A DNA stretch of 62,518 bases, the filler included, from Nemertoderma westbladi (lineage: Eukaryota > Animalia > Xenacoelomorpha), in the NCBI GenBank assembly GCA_032718475.1. It is 3 parts of 3 records of this genome, joined end to end, with 100 filler letters (N's around TTAATTAATTAA, not from the genome) between each part and the next. Parts side by side here need not be neighbours in the genome. Positions count along the whole stretch, not along the records: positions 53,022 to 62,518 come from JAUCBJ010006139.1; 2 more parts are not named here. One strand, given 5' to 3'. Within the stretch, counting starts at the first letter, position 1. Each line of letters opens with the position of its first letter. Shown piece after piece: positions 61,285 through 62,518 of the stretch. The notes beneath the pieces were generated by a model. The model had not been told where the DNA came from. It saw nothing but the letters and a program-made list of their open reading frames with translations, and ran no database searches. A program made the translations under genes and the position numbers.

Positions 61285-61750
61285 CCCGGCTTTAGATCCT
61301 AGAGCACTTAGATCCTGAACGAACTTAGATCTTGGGTGAACATAGATCCTACCCATACGAACTTAGATCCTTCCAGACGAACTTACCCATACGAACTTAG
61401 ATCCCACCTTACATATATTGCTGTACCGTGGCTGCGTTAATGTGTGAAATGTCATTCCCATAGGCCAGCCATAGCCTTAGCTGCAGGACCTTACTCACGC
61501 TTGAAGAAGGGGAGCGAACTTAGATCCCACCACCATAATACATTGCAACGAATTAGAACAGTAGTTGACAAATTATAGTTTTGTTGGTGAGTCACTGTTG
61601 GTCTGGTTGATGTATGACTTATTTTGCATTATATCATTTATAAGTACTTTTATATGCTTAATGTAACACATTTACAATATACTACAGTATCGATAGAACG
61701 CGGCCAAAGCAAAGTGCACGTGGGATCTAAGTTCGCTTCTCTAAGTTCGC
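61285..61750. mobile_element. MITE-like remnant with AACTTAGATC subterminal repeats
   Basis: Multiple (A)ACTTAGATCC at 61290-61530 and an inverted GGGATCTAAGTTCGCT at ~61722. Confidence 0.45.
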
Positions 61751-61805
61751 TTTGTACGGAAGCCCACAAGTGCCAGTCAACTTTACACATAAAATCTGAT
61801 TTTTT

Positions 61806-62492
61806 ATGTGTGTGTAGTTGGCACATGTGTGTGTAGTTGGCACATGTGTGTGTAGTTGGCACGTGTGTGTAGTTGGCATATGTGTGTAGTTGGCATATGT
61901 GTGTATTTGGCATGTGTGTGTAGTTGGCATGTGTAGTTGGCATATGTGTGTAGTTGGCACGTGTGTGTAGTTGGCACGTGTGTGTAATTGGCATATGTGT
62001 GTAGTTGGCACGTGTGTGTAGTTGGCATATGTGTGTAGTTGGCATGTGTGTGTAGTTGGCATGTGTAGTTGGCATATGTGTGTAGTTGGCATATGTGTGT
62101 AGTTGGCATATGTGTAGTTGGCATGTGTAGTTGGCATATGTGTGTAGTTGGCATATGTGTAGTTGGCACGTGTGTGTAGTTGGCATGTGTGTGTAGTTGG
62201 CATGTGTAGTTGGCATATGTGTGTATTTGGCATGTGTGTGTAGTTGGCACGTGTGTGTAATTGGCATATGTGTGTAGTTGGCACGTGTGTGTAGTTGGCA
62301 TATGTGTGTAGTTGGCATGTGTGTGTAGTTGGCATGTGTAGTTGGCATATGTGTGTAGTTGGCATATGTGTGTAGTTGGCATATGTGTAGTTGGCATGTG
62401 TAGTTGGCATATGTGTGTAGTTGGCATATGTGTAGTTGGCACGTGTGTGTAGTTGGCATGTGTGTGTAGTTGGCATATGTGTAGTTGGCATG
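61806..62492. repeat. Minisatellite GTGTGTAGTTGGCA(T/C), variable 14-20-bp unit
   Basis: Directly visible; it generates the repetitive minus-strand ORFs. Confidence 0.97.
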
Positions 62493-62518
62493 AGATTCGA
62501 TTGCTTAGCAACCATCTT

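Noticed and set aside
61650-62515. Three long repetitive minus-strand ORFs
   Set aside because: Translations of the GTGTGTAGTTGGCA minisatellite.

Overview
AT-rich animal (invertebrate-like) genomic DNA. It consists of three contigs joined by artificial 100-nt spacers (N-run/TTAATTAATTAA/N-run at 31208-31307 and 52922-53021). Contig 1 opens with a complete 5.35-kb element with Polinton/Maverick-type AGTAGT...ACTACT ends and very long inverted repeats. The element carries a single zinc-finger/acidic ORF, three CTCF-like motifs per arm in convergent orientation, tRNA-derived Pol III cassettes and palindromic minisatellites. After it come 41-bp and 34-bp satellites, SINE/LINE debris (including a TSD-flanked retro-insertion with a poly(T) rather than poly(A) tail), an intronless prominin CDS and a ~5-kb perfect (TCAAG)n array at the contig end. 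Contig 2 holds a spliced CUB-CUB-CUB-LDLa-TM-PPxY receptor gene. Its 12.8-kb intron contains a candidate alternative terminal exon, a same-strand nested ASNSD1 gene, MITEs and a LINE fragment. Contig 3 starts with a piggyBac-like non-autonomous element and contains an intronless MOB3 gene. All calls are by eye; no searches were run.
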